DNA from: Hormiphora californensis
Lineage: Eukaryota; Animalia; Ctenophora
Length of the DNA stretch: 64,000 nucleotides
Reading direction: 5' to 3'
NCBI GenBank assembly: GCA_020137815.1
Contig: CM035355.1
Span: 3,038,001-3,102,000 of the forward strand
Below, in pieces: positions 11,901 to 25,029 of this stretch; the stretch's first letter is position 1; each line of letters starts with the position of its first letter. The notes beneath the pieces are model-generated. The model was given only the letters and a program-made list of their open reading frames with translations, was not told where the DNA came from and ran no database searches. The translations under genes were made by a program, and so were the position numbers.

Positions 11901-14900
11901 TGAAAGCTGTAAATTGGTGAAAAGTTGCGTCTAACGATTATCTAAGTGGCCATAAATTTTGGGCGTGTCCTTATTTGAGATAAGCTGTACAGAATTTTTT
12001 TTGTGAAAGCCGTCATTTCAGAAATAAATAAATTCCCTGTATCTCAAAAACGGCTGATCGTAGAGACCTGAGACTATGCTTAAACGATTCAGAAGGTCCG
12101 ATTTTGGGGGGGTCTTCTGAGAGACATTTTGCTCCTACTTCAACCGTTTTTGCTGTAATTGCGAAAAACAAATTCTATGAAAAGGGCAAAAGCTAAACTC
12201 CAATATCCTGTAATTATAGTAGAGTCGATAACTACATCGACCTCTCCCAATTGTTCCAGTTTTTGTCACATCTGTTTGGAGCCTCGACACGACCTCTAAA
12301 CAGGTGTTACTTTTTCACAAACTGTTTTCATCTTGGTGTAATCAGCAGTTGAAATGTTGCTGATCATAACAAAAACCTGACTAAATTTTTTCAACTTGGG
12401 GTAAAACCATGGGTGTCAAAAGTTAGCTCTAGGTCCCCTGAGTAACCATCCGGAGACTCTAAGAGATATTTCAAGCCGTTCTCCCGTAATCATTAATCCC
12501 GGTGGAGAAAAAAATACAATGCGGACGTACGTGAGCGCTGGCAGGCTGTTAACATGTTATTGTATGTCTCTCACTCTCTCTGGAAAAACCGCACGTGCGG
12601 TTGCGCCGCGCGAGATAACTCTTTCTGAAGGGGGAGAAAAGAGAGAGACGCACATTAACGTTATACATTAAAGTTGAGGTTGTAGGCAATTGCACGTACG
12701 TCCATACTCAAATATGTGCTCTACCGGGATTAATGATTACAGGAGAACGGCTTGAAATATCTCTTGGAGTCTCCGGATGGTTACTCAGGGGACCTAGAGC
12801 TAACTTTTGACACCCATGGTTTTACCCCAAGTTGAAAAAATTTAGTCAGGTTTTTGTTATGATCAACAACATTTCAACTGCTGATTACACCAAGATGAAA
12901 ACAGTTTGTGAAAAAGTAACACCTGTTTAGAGGTCGTGTCGAGGCTCCAAACTGATGTGACAAAAACTGGAGCAATTGGGAGAGGTCGATGTAGTTATCG
13001 ACTCTACTATTAGGGAATTTTGGCTAAGAAAGGACCGAAACTATGGAAAAATGTGTAACAAGCTAATTCCTTCACTATTTGGTCCATATGGGTCCCTATA
13101 ATCACCAAAAACAAAATCACAAAAAATCCACGATGGCAAAGATGGGTTTTTGTTTTTCGCAATTACAGCAAAAACGGTTGAAGTAGGAGCAAAATGTCTC
13201 TCAGAAGACCCCCCCAAAATCGGGCCTTCTGAATCGTTTAAGCATAGTCTCAGGTCTCTACGATCAGCCGTTTTTGAGATACTGGGAATTTATTTATTTC
13301 TGAAATGACGGCTTTCACAGAAAAAATTCTGTACAGCTTATCTCAAATAAGGACACGCCCAAAATTTATGGCCACTTAGATAATCGTTAGACGCAACTTT
13401 TCACCAATTTACAGCTTTCACATGTTTTCGGAACTTTGCCAAATAGGGCGTTAAAGTCAAAAAAAAGAAATCCATCTCAGGACCGGAAATCAGCTCGGAT
13501 TTCAAAAAAAATTTTTGTGGCTACTCACCTCTTTGTCCTCTTCAAATCCACAAATTTTTATGATCCTATCTTTACAAATGTAATTTTAAGATGCCAAAAA
13601 CTTATTTTCAGTTCATTTTTCAAGCAGCTGTAGCAAAAATATGAATTCGACTTGAGAGCTCAAATTGCATATTTGAGGTCTCCTTGGCATGGCCTACAAC
13701 CCTACGGTGAGAGATTTCCCTGCACTCGAAAAAAATTTTTGGTTAGCGTACCCTTAATAGATTAGTAATCTGTTTCCCCAGGCTGCAACGGTGTACCCAG
13801 ACATAGTGATTTCCTAGTCGTAGATCATACCACAGTTTGAGAACTCACGTGCGCGCGAAGAACCCTACTCCTGCGCGGCGAAAACTAGCAATACAATGCC
13901 TGATTGTTGCCTAATAATCACAGAGAATCCGAGTGTACAACAGATGATGTCTAGCAAATTGGGGCAGTTTGTGTTATCACATACCGGTAAGAGGTGTATA
14001 TACAGGTCCCAGGAGCATAACTTCATCACTCATTAGGTGTGCTACGTTAGTGGGACGCCTCTTTTTAAAAGCTTTGAATTCTTCGTCAAATAACTCCACA
14101 AACAACGTGTTGTCTTCACCTAGAGATTTCAGAATATAGAATAAGAGGTCAGAGCATTCAGCATAGCAGATATCATAATTGGGGGGATAGTAAGATAATA
14201 TTTAGACTAGCTATTCTCTAGTTAACTAAATAAATTGTAGGAAAATAGTGATGTGAAACTATGATATTAAATATATATTCAAACTATTTCTGTACCTAAT
14301 AAAACTTGATTTTAGTTCTAGTTAGTTATGTTCACATTGTGTTACATAGTATGTCTGTGTCTGTGTGTACTGTGTAGCCCGCAACATTTCTCCCAACTGC
14401 TTACTTTTGCAAACACAGCAACTTATTGTTTCTCTATCTTTCTCTCTCTCTCACTCTCCCTTCTCTCTTTTCTATCCCACCCTTTATGTAGTAGGGCAAT
14501 GTGATTGAAGATGTATCATGTCACCCCATTTGGTTTGATCACCTCATTTCTCGCACTAATGAATCTTTGGTAAAACCAGGTGTTAGCTCGACATTAGCAC
14601 TTTCATAGGGTGTCGAGCGAGGGGAAGATAGTGAGGGGGAGAAAGAGTGAGGGGGAGAGAAAGCAAGAGAGTGATCAGTAAGCGAGGGGACAGACTAATG
14701 ACATTGATAGAGCTGGTGTCACAGGGGAAGTCACTGTATTTAAGCCCCAACATTTATAACACACATAAACACCGCCTAGCACACCGCAAGTAAACTGTCA
14801 ACTCTGTCTGATATTAATTGCACATGTGCAATACATGTGACACACAACAACTTATTATACTGTATACACATTGCTTGCACTGTGTGTAGAGTGTAGACAT

Positions 14901-17900
14901 TTATAATTGCTAGGCAACCACATATTTGTGTAGGAGATATGGCGACAAAGAATACAGTGATTGAATTGTACAGGGCACATGTTATACATGTTATACCCGA
15001 TCTAGGTTCACCGTTACCTGCGTAAAAGGTGCGAAGGAATCGAACACTGTTCTCTTTGACTGCAGTTAACACAGCAATATGGTTATCCTGTAGCAAGACC
15101 CGGTTATCGTATGTAGTTAACACTTTCAATAATCTAACCGCTATCTCGACTGTTACAGGCCTGCACAAATAGAGAAGTGGGTAACAGAGAGGTGACATAC
15201 CATTACGAATGTGTTGAAGTAGGTAGAAATACCCCTTTAGGCCTTATTTAGAGTCATTGCATTCACAACGGGGTACACGATTCTCAGAATGCCCCTGAAT
15301 TATGTCACTCTCAGTGAAAGTCTCAGCGAGAGTCTCACTCACCTTACTATGCCTTCAATATAACAGGCCTTATCGAGGATGTTCAGTAGTCGATCTATGA
15401 CCCTGTCATCATAGAAGAATGGTGCGGGGGGTTTGTGGGGCATGGAGATGTTGGTATACATTGCGTAGAGAAGGGCTCCACTAAACAATGCCTCTACATC
15501 ATCTTCACCTAACTGCAGCAGGGGAGTTTTAGTGGTAAGTCTTGGTACTATCTCAGAAGTCAGAGGGTAACAAGAAGGACGTTTTGAAAACAGAGAACAG
15601 GGGAGTAATGTTTTAGTATCTGATACCAGTGGGGATGCAGATGCTACACATCTCTCTATATAACCACCATGGTAATTAATTATGTGACCAGAGGGATCAT
15701 TAATTACTTGTTCTGATAAAAAATAGAAAATAACTATATTTACCTCTAAACAACTAAGGAGGGCATCATAAAAGATGCAACTCCGGGTTGGAGGGCAGTG
15801 GAAGGCATCAGAGAAATCAGTTACATCAGTGACTGTCTTGATAGGAGAGCAAAGTGAGGGTTCCGCTGTAGTACTAATCACTGGTAAGTTAGGTACAACC
15901 GGGGCTGTCTTATTTGCCCCACCCTCAGCAGACAGATCCTTAGTTACAGCCTCAATCTCCTGATCAGTCAGGGTTATAGTTCGATCGAGGTCTCCCTGAT
16001 CAGGGGATCTGAAGAGAGGGGAGGGTGGTCCACCATCTTCAATACTGCCATCCTGGACAGTGGAACTTTCATCTCTACTCTCTTCCTCCTCCTCGTCTAC
16101 GTCATCAGGTTGGGAGAACCGTTCAGTTGTTTCACTTCCCACTATTCCTGAAGAGGGAGGGGTCAGTAGTTTCACTACCCACTATTCCTAAAGGGAGAGG
16201 GGTCAGTTGTTTCACTACCCACAATTCCTGAAGAGGGAGGGGTCAGTAGTTTCACTACCAACTATTCCTGAAGAGGGAGGGGTCAGTTGTTTCACTACCA
16301 ACTATTCCTGAAGAGGGAGGGGTCAGTTGTTTCACTACCAACTATTCCTGAAGAGGGAGGGGTCAGTAGTTTCACTACCCACTATTCCTGAAGAGGGAGG
16401 GGTCAGTTGTTTCACTACCAACTATTCCTGAAGAGGGAGGGGTCAGTAGTTTCACTACCCACTATTCCTAAAGGGAGGGGGGTGGTGATTAGTACGTGCA
16501 GGTAGACGTTGTATCAAAAAAACTAACAAAAAGTTATTATTACCTGAATCTTCAGAAACTGGATAATCTCTGTTTTGTGTGCCTTCCTCCTCCACCCTTC
16601 CCTCATCCTCCTCATCCCCCTCCTCCTCCAACCGTTCTGTGCCCTCCTGAGGTTCAGCGTCCCCTGACTCTGGCTCCTCTAGCCGTACTGGATCAGCCTC
16701 TAAAACCTCCACAGGAGCCTCTTCATTTGGTGTCTTCATCTCATCCCTACACTCCCCCTCCTCATCTCGAGGTGTAGTACAGGGGTCCGAGTCAACTGAG
16801 GTATCCGTTGCTATGGCAACATTATCACGTGATTCAGTGACGTCACGTGATGAGGTTGCTATGACGTCATGTGATCTGGTTGCTATGGTAACAGGTGATT
16901 TGGGATCCAGATCTGTGAAACTCTCTACACGGGCATCGTCGCTATCTGGGAAGGGAACACCTGGTTAGTTTGTGACGTCATCTGACATGCTCTGGCGGTT
17001 TCTCTTTCTCTCTCACCCTACCCTCCTCTTATCCGACCAAGAAACGGTACGAGCAGTTCATCGGATAAAACAGTTCGTAATTCCAATTTTGCCTTCATGA
17101 ATAAAAAAAGAGTCTGATATAAAAAGTGATCAACACATGATTGTAACAATACTACTACCTATGTAGACAGCCTCGCTGTAGACAGATCCCTCTTTGCTAA
17201 CAGTACTACTCTCCCTGCTCCGATACTCTGAGATATCTTTTAGGGACTCCACACGGTGCACCCTCCGCCCAGATAGGGGGTCCGTGCCAGGCTCTAATGT
17301 GGTACACACAGATATATAATCAGTATTCAATCATAGACACACACAAAATGATGTTACCGTGGTAACCAGGTCATGTTACAATGGTAACCAGGTCATGTCA
17401 CCATGGTAACCAATAATTACCAGGTTCTAGGATGCTCTTCAAGTATCCAGTTTGGTTGAATTTCTGTTGTTGCGAGATCATGGAATTAGTTCTCCGTGAC
17501 TGGTATTTCTCAACGTCCTTCACCCGGGACTCCTCTTGCACCCTTTTAGCTTCCCTCGCCTTCAACTCCTCTCTGTGTTCCTGTTGTGGGGAATTGTTGT
17601 GGAATTGGGTAGTTGTTTCATACTTAATTAGCTAAATAAACTTGCGAAACTCAGTGAGATCGTTATGTTAACTAGGGAGAGCACAGTGAGATCGTTATGA
17701 TAAATAGGGAGAGTGCAGCTCTTGTGTCTACCGACTGACAATGTGAGAGAGGCCGGGGAAGGCAACTAAATACATACTCGTGCAAGTCGGGTCGGTTGAA
17801 GGTTTTGTTTGTTCTTGGGTATAACAGCAGGTTTAAATGTATCTTGGATCTGGGAACTGGGCTTGGTGAACCTCCTTTTTACGTCACCACTATCCTGAGA

Positions 17901-20900
17901 AAAGACATATTTTAGTTCGTTTGTGTTTTTGTTTGTTTGTTTGTTTGTTTGTTTGTTTTTGTGTTTTTGTTACAAAACAATTAGTTTCAAAAGAGCATTG
18001 AATTATGAAAGTAGAGAACAAGATATCTCAAATCACGGTGTAAAAACTAGCATCACAAACAACTTACTAAGTTAGGATTTTCCTCGAAACAGATGTAGAG
18101 TTTCAGTTGTTTGACAAGGGGAGGGTGAGTGAGAATTAGGAACACTTGGGAAAGTAGAAACAGCGCACACTTAGTGCTAACTTGGGGTGAGTCAACCTAA
18201 GGGGAGAGGGGGATATTTTCATTACTAAAGCGCGATCTAAATGAAAATGCAGGATGAAACCTGTTCTAACCCTCCTTTATAAAATATTTCGCGGGGTGCT
18301 GTGAGAGAGGATCGAGAAAACTAAACCAATTTAGCAGATTGCGTTGCTATATACCTCTAGACTGGGATCAAGGCTGTACACGTAGAGAGGTATAAACAGA
18401 GTGTTCAGAAGATGTTCACACAGCATATTATTTAGACTCTGCATCTGTAGTTGCATAATATCGTGCACATAATGCATATCGTCCAAGTGTAGCGCTACCA
18501 AACTTTCCAACTTGTTCCGGGTCAGATGGGTCGCCTCATTCCTTAGACACCTGTAATTTTGGAGTCTTGTTTTAGAATGGGAAAGGTAGACAATCCAAAA
18601 TCATATAATATTAGCAAGCAGGTGGGTATTGATAGTGATTTCTGTTCCATTCCAGAAACGTACTGGGTCTGAACTTGAACTATACGATATAACCCCTCCA
18701 GAGAGGGTCTGATGATCCCATTACCTTTCCATCATAAGAGTGTTATTTCCAATGAACCAGACCAGGTTACTAAAATAAGGGGCAGCCGTCTTATCGTGGA
18801 TGAACTTGATAATCGCTTCTTCACCAACCTGACAGTGACGTAACTGGTAATTAGAGAATAGAGAGATAGAATTGCAAATACAGAATTTAGATAGGAACCT
18901 GTTTCTGGAAAACTGTTGCGTTTCAAGTAAATTACGAAGATGGAGAGCCCTTATGACGCAAACAGAATATTATACGCATATCATTTTCTGTGGCCTACAA
19001 CGTGTCACATTCTCTATAGCCTAATATTCACGTACAGATAGGAAGTCAAAAATGCAAACATGATAGTGTTCACAGTAAAAACACATACACATATATGATA
19101 CAACGCTATTACAACATTTCATAACTGTACGTTTAGGCACTATTTTAGTACAGTACTAGAACGGTTTGATGGGGGTTTAATTCACACTAACCCGATAGAC
19201 GTTGAGAGTGAGGGTTCTAACTGCTATCCGCACCATACTCTCGTTGTGATTGAAGAACTTGATTGCCTCTGTGTACAGGGGGAAATCTCTGAGATGCTGA
19301 GGGGGAAATAGGGTTTAGTAGGAGGAGAGGTTAACAGGTAGGGCATACAGGGGTAAATTTGTTATGATCTAACCTTTACATTTGTAAAATCCTCTTTCCG
19401 CGGGCGGTGCACACGGAAAGAAGGTCAAGCAAGGCAAGGGGAAATAGGGTATTAGTGGGATGTGAGGTAGGTGGACAGTGGACACTGGACAGTAGCCCCT
19501 GAGATGATACAATGTATATTAACAAGGGTAAATTGAGGGATGAGAGGACAAGTCTGTATTTGAGACATTGCCAGAGAACCCAAATATCATTTTCTATCGC
19601 TACCTGTAACCTGATATTTTACCTACTGGATGTCTCTACTCTCACACAATATTAGTAGTAGTAGGCAGTAACAATACAGACCCTTTCTACTGTGCAAGCA
19701 AACATATACATGCCACGTGTACAATTATATATGGGGTCCTATAGTTTCATTCGGGGCCTGGCAAGGCCCCCCGACCCGAATATAACCCAAACTCAACCCA
19801 TCCCCCCTAAAACATCCCCCCTAAAACTAAAACAACGGGGCCGAGCCGACAGGCCCTTAATACCAGATGAAAAAAAAACCATAACCGCAAACCATAAAAC
19901 CATAAAACCATAGATATTTTTAGAGTGAAAGTTTTGAAGCCCCCTGAAGTCGTAGAAAGGTTTTCTATGGCTCGTTGGAAAGGTCTCGAGGTCCCGCGAC
20001 GTATAGGGGGTGTGGCGATGGCCATACCCAAACCTATAAGGGGTAGGACGCGAAAAACAGTCAAAATAAGGGGTATGCAGATCTCGGCAATTAGAAGGAG
20101 TAGAAAGGTGTTCTAGGGTGCGTTCGAAAGCTCTCGAGGTGCTGAAGTAATTGGAATGTAATTGGAAGTAATTACATGTATTTAAAATGTAATTACATGT
20201 AATTAAAGGGTAATTACATGTAATAAAAAGGTCTAAATGACCCCAAATGATAATTTAAACATATTATGACATATTTGGAGGCCCTGAGACCAGCGGGTGG
20301 CCAAATTTAATCCGGTTTCGGGTCGGCTGACGTAAAAACTCCGCGTTTTGGTCGAGATACCTCATTATAGAAAAAGTGAATTGTGTTAGAGTTGAGTTTT
20401 AGGGAGAGTGTCTTGAGAAAGGAAATGTAGTAGGCCATGATTTCCTCATCAGAGAAATCAAACTTGTGACAGATAATGGAGTTAACATGATTGTTCGACA
20501 GTAGGAAATCTGAAACAGGAGATTGTTGGATCAAACAAGAAGGGGGAATGAAGTAATTAACAAAATGATCGCTAACCAATTTAATTGCTACTTAGTTGTT
20601 TCATTGTTGTACTTACAGATGGATGTTTCATTTCGAATGTTCTCAAAGAGAATGTTTAGGGTTTGCAGAAGTTGTGTACAAACATAAGTTCCACATCTTG
20701 GCTGCTCAATTATACTCAGAAAGTAACTCTGTATTCCCTTTTCCAAGAAAAAGCTGGGGAAATGGTATTAGCTGGTGTGGAGAAGAAACATGTAGCGTCT
20801 AGAGGGATCATGCTGTAGGACTACTTACTCAAAAACACGGGGATCATTTTGGTCGCCCCAGATGACAGTTTCAGCAATGGAACGAAGAACTTCGACAATT

Positions 20901-21025
20901 AGTGTCTTGTTATGTTCTGTGACTATGGAATTCTTAACCAAAACTGCATAGAGCGACTTCAGAAGATCGAGCGAGGGCGATTTATTCTGCCGAGTGACTG
21001 TTCCGAACCAAGACCGCCGCATCAT
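8911..21025 (-). CDS. CLEC16A: CLEC16A/Ema/GOP-1 family (FPL domain) endolysosomal protein, about 18 exons, two exons duplicated
   Basis: [113 protein letters not shown]; stop TAG at 8911-8913. Confidence 0.93.
10398..10653. mobile_element. Small hairpin MITE (possibly PIF/Harbinger-type) plus a truncated second terminus
   Basis: GTGCGTTCTACACATCCTAAAA..TTTTAGGATGTGTAGAACGCACTC, then TTA and a partial GAGTGCGTTCTACAC copy; absent from duplicate copy 2. Confidence 0.8.
11069..11265 (+). mobile_element. L2/CR1-type LINE RT fragment at the duplication junction
   Basis: [43 protein letters not shown] matches the pre-RT region of the LINE at 28175-31273. Confidence 0.85.
11568..13753. mobile_element. 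Foldback element with GGG..CCC termini and TTAA duplication (Kolobok-like)
   Basis: TTAA|GGGTACGCTAACC..GGTTAGCGTACCC|TTAA; the empty site CAGTTAATAG is present in duplicate copy 1 (~10243-10252); arms about 950 bp. Confidence 0.9.
16123..16480. repeat. 40-bp tandem repeat (9 copies) spanning a CLEC16A splice acceptor
   Basis: Minus-strand unit CCCCTCCCTCTTCAG|GAATAGTGGG(A/T)AGTGAAAC(A/T)ACTGA. Confidence 0.92.
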
Positions 21026-21175
21026 TTGTATTTACACGCATATTTACATTCCTATGAAGAATTATAACTTATAAATAAGGCCTAAAAGATAAAATATGGA
21101 AAACTTTGGTTTAAAATCTCAAAATGTCAAAATTTTCAAATTTTTTGTTTCGGAACCAAAATAAAAATGTAAATC

Positions 21176-21291
21176 TAAAGTGCGTTTCAAACGACTTGAC
21201 CCGTAATTCTTGGAATTCGGCGCATCGCGCGTGTATTTACAAAGGGGAAATCCTGAATTTCCAGGAATCTCAGGTCAAGTCGTTTGAAACG
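21176..21291. mobile_element. Hairpin MITE interrupted at its right TIR; the TIR continues at 34258-34280
   Basis: TAAAGTGCGTTTCAAACGACTTGACC pairs with GGTCAAGTCGTTTGAAACG; the missing CACTTTA follows the repeated 16-mer at 34274. Confidence 0.75.
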
Positions 21292-22230
21292 AGAAACAGC
21301 AATCCGACACCGGGGTCTCAGATAATAAACGCACACCACGATCGGTCACAGAGTGAACCTGCAAAGTGGTACAACACCGAAGTGTCGAGAGTACCCTCGT
21401 ATCCATCATGGAACCCGGTATTGTCGGATTGCTGTTTGAAGTAAAGTAAGTATAATATCTTCACGCCTACACACTGTACAAAATATAAATTCTAAAAAAA
21501 GGGGTGAGCCCTACCAAACGTTCAAATGAGGTTAAGGTCCACATTGTTAATGGGTGCATGATGGACTTTCACTCGTGTGCCTCGCAGTGCTATCAGACAC
21601 ACTCTCAGGATTGCAAACCGGATGCGGAGTCTGAGGTATTCTATTGCCTCACGGTAAGTATTCCCATGCTCCTTCACCATCTTTCCTGCTAGTGTTCTGA
21701 GGATCCTGTTGCTTTCTGGAGCCAGACCCCCTGAGGTGCTCAGTACGAATGGGGAGAAAGTTCCCTTTTCTATCTCAATTACACGTCTCCCGTACGACCT
21801 CTTTTTCTGGGCTTCTTGTTCTTTGTAGAGGTTTTTCAAGGTTTTCGAACGGTACGAAGGTGCTCCTGGATGGAAAATACGTACATCAATGTACGATTTT
21901 TGGAGCTTACCCCAAAGTCCAAGACCGAAGACATCCATGCGGGCATCCGGGGCGTGATTTGCAGTGTGAGGAAGGGGAAAATCTCCGACGGGGAGCATGT
22001 GTCTCTCTGTTTCTACCGCTGTCATGCCTGCGTGCTTGGCCATCTCTGCTAATGAGTCACGCACTTCATTATGTCGTAAGATAGAGTACCCTCCAAGAGG
22101 GCAACTCAGTGCATGGTCAGCAGAGTTGGGTTTGCCACACTGGCATAGGGAGGGGAGATCAGGAATAGTGAACTCATATCGTAAAGCCACAGCATCGGTG
22201 AACTCTTGGCGGCTCAATTCAAAGCCTAAC
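21292..22230 (-). mobile_element. CRE-clade non-LTR retrotransposon 3' part (zinc finger plus restriction-like endonuclease)
   Basis: ORF 21522-22217: CQCG..HALSCPLGG..RHNEVRD, RMDV..YIDV, EAQKKRSY..FSPFVLSTSGG; RT region missing. Confidence 0.85.
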
Positions 22231-22244
22231 CATCTACAAGGTGG

Positions 22245-23785
22245 CCCATAAATTATGATAGCGGGGGACGAGCCGTACCTCCGAAACGGTGATAGTTGTG
22301 CAAAAACAAACTACGGGAACATGCTGGAACAATTCCTGGACGACTTTTTGCAAATTATGAAATTTTTATTCAAAAGTTCATTTTTCATTCATGAACTTTC
22401 TACACGTTCATTAATGAATTAAGGACTCTAATTTACCGAGAGTTAGGCATTTTGTTTGGGTTCAATTTATCTTTCCAATGAGCACCATAAAAATCAAATT
22501 GAAGCACCAGGTCACATGGCAGTTGAGAAAATGCACATTCATGATTTTGGCTCTTCCTGCGACTTTCAATCGGCTGTATCACGGCTAACTTTTGTTCAAT
22601 CGTTTAAAAAATTGGGGAGAACATCGGAAAAGCAAAGATCTTTCCTCACAAGAAAAATCAGGGTCAAAACTCAAAGTTCATTTTCAAGTGTTGGTAGTTC
22701 ATTCCACTCATTCAGGAACCAACATCCCTAAAGTGATGAAAAGTGATGGTTTTTGTTTGGCCCATACCCTGCAATGATAGAGAGGTGTAAAATTACGTTT
22801 CTGAGCTAGTTAGTGGGTTTCCATGTGATCATGATGATATCTGACACCTTTTCTGAGCCATAATTAAGGGATTTTCTCAAATTCAAGCATGTGATTTGAG
22901 TTTTTGCGATTGGTATCGTGCAGCAATGTTGAGAGATCTCATAGCACCTCAAAAATGATGATTAGTTGAATGAAATGAGTTGATTTATGATTTAAAATTA
23001 TCGTTTAGTTCATTTTTACGTCTGTTTTAATCTTTTCTATCATAAATCAACTCCTTTCATTGAACTAATCATCATTTTTGAGGTGCTATGAGATCTCTCA
23101 ACATTGCTGCACGATACCAATCGCAAAAACTCAAATCACATGCTTGAATTTGAGAAAATCCCTTAATTATGGCTCAGAAAAGGTGTCAGATATCATCATG
23201 ATCACATGGACACCCACTAACTAGCCTGGAAACGTAATTTTACACCTCTCTATCATTGCAGGGTATGTGCCAAACAAAAACCATCACTTTTCATCACTTT
23301 AGGGATGTTGGTTCCTGAAGGAGTGGAATGAACTACCAACACTTGAAAATGAACTTTGCGTTTTGACCCTGATTTTTCTTGTGAGGAAAGATTTTTGATT
23401 ATCCGATGTTCTCCCAAATTTTTAAAACGATTGAACAAAAGGTAGCCGTGATACAGCCGATTGAAAGTCGCAGGAAGAGCCAAAATCATGAATGTGCATT
23501 TTCTCAACTGCCATGTGACCTGGTGCTTCAATTTGATTTTTATGGTGCTCATTGGAAAGATAAATTGAACCCAAACAAAATGCCTAACTCTCGGTAAATT
23601 AGAGTCCTTAATTCATTAATGAACGTGTAGAAAGTTCATGAATGAAAAATGAACTTTTGAATAAAAATTTCATAATTTGCAAAAAGTCGTCCAGGAATTG
23701 TTCCAGCATGTTCCCGTAGTTTGTTTTTGCACAACTATCACCGTTTCGGAGGTACGGCTCGTCCCCCGCTATCATAATTTATGGG
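22245..23785. mobile_element. Foldback element with CCC..GGG termini, arms about 750 bp
   Basis: CCCATAAATTATGATAGCGGGGGAC pairs with GTCCCCCGCTATCATAATTTATGGG; short central spacer ~22995-23035; no clear TSD. Confidence 0.9.
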
Positions 23786-23814
23786 GTTTGGCTGATAGCC
23801 AGACCGAGGCTCCT

Positions 23815-24240
23815 TCATCATCATCATCATCATCATACAAATATTTAATATTCCGCTTTGTAGTCTACTGCTAGAAGAGCACTTACATATGCTAAATCAC
23901 ACACAGGCAAAACTAACGACTTTCTAAAGCGGTGGAGCCTACTTCGAATCGCTCGGTAACACACACAACTGTATAAGCCCAGGCCATTCGAAGGAGGCTC
24001 CAATACACACAATTCAAGAAACTAATTAGAATAATTAATGTCTGTTGTCAATTAAGTCCTTGTATATACAATTTATATAACTATAAGAGTCCAGATCTTC
24101 ATGCATTAGATAATTAGTTAATAAATTAGTAGTTAATAAGTTAGTAGTTAATAAGTTAGTTAAAAACACGCATACACACATACTTCACTTCACACTTATG
24201 TCTTATTTCGCAATTTAAACCTCTGATTAAATAACATGGC
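23815..24240 (-). mobile_element. Probable LINE 3' UTR remnant with (TGA)n tail
   Basis: (TCA)n run followed by sequence resembling the other L2-like 3' ends (ATATTCCGCT..). Confidence 0.45.
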
Positions 24241-24866
24241 ACAGTTTGCAATTGTCTATGAAACGGGAGCAGTTCATATACATTTCGTCACAGTTTTGGG
24301 CCACCCATTCATGACTCCCTTGCACATCCATTATCCCTAGTCTCCCTAGTCGCCACTAAATAATGCTAGCGTGTCCCCCGTACTTTCAACTGTACCCAGG
24401 ATGATGCTTGATCTCGGACTACTAGGAAACTCAAGACTTGAGGAAACTTCAATGACCTAAATACTGAAAAAGGGGAGAGAAACGGCCCGCTTGCGGGTGT
24501 TTAGGTTACGTGTTAGTGGACAGTTTACTGTCTAGTATAACTAATATCTCTAGACACTACTAAAGGGGGTCGAGGATTGAAACTTAATTGGATTGAATAT
24601 TAATTACTTGCCCTACTCAATCCTCTGTCTAAGAGTTCATGATATTGTCACGATAAGCCCATCTTAACACCTGAAAATATTTTGCACCGGAGGTGGTGAT
24701 TTAATTGTCAGTCGGAACCTCCGTATGCAGGCTGGCTCTGTGTATTGGAAAGTATAGTACTTGACAATACACAGCGCCATACCATGGTGTGGGTCGTTTA
24801 TTGTTCATATCGAGTGTTAATCTACTGTCATTGTCAAAGTAAGTCTGCAGGGAGGGGGAGGGTGGG

Positions 24867-24976
24867 CTTTTTTTTTTTTTTTTTTTTCTTTTTTTCTTCT
24901 TTTTATTGCCTCTTCTTTTTTTTTTTTCTTTTTTTTTTCTTTTTTTTTTCTTTTTTTTTTGATTTTTTGATTTTTT
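24867..24976. repeat. T-rich low-complexity tract
   Basis: Long interrupted poly-T. Confidence 0.9.
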
Positions 24977-25029
24977 AGCCCAGGCTCTTTTTTTACCGAG
25001 TTCTGGGGATCCGTCACATAAAAAGAAAC

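Larger units (their letters stand above)
10066..14331. repeat. Tandem segmental duplication of two CLEC16A exons (copy 1 ~10066-11068; copy 2 ~11387-14331)
   Basis: Near-identical exons at 10110-10204/11428-11522 and 10723-10857/13985-14119 with flanking introns. Confidence 0.92.

Noticed and set aside
19730-20360. Possible inserted element in a CLEC16A intron with TAATTACATG repeats
   Set aside because: Could not define termini or a TSD by eye.
21292-21440. Hammerhead ribozyme in the CRE 3' stem
   Set aside because: No CUGANGA..GAAA core seen in suitable geometry.
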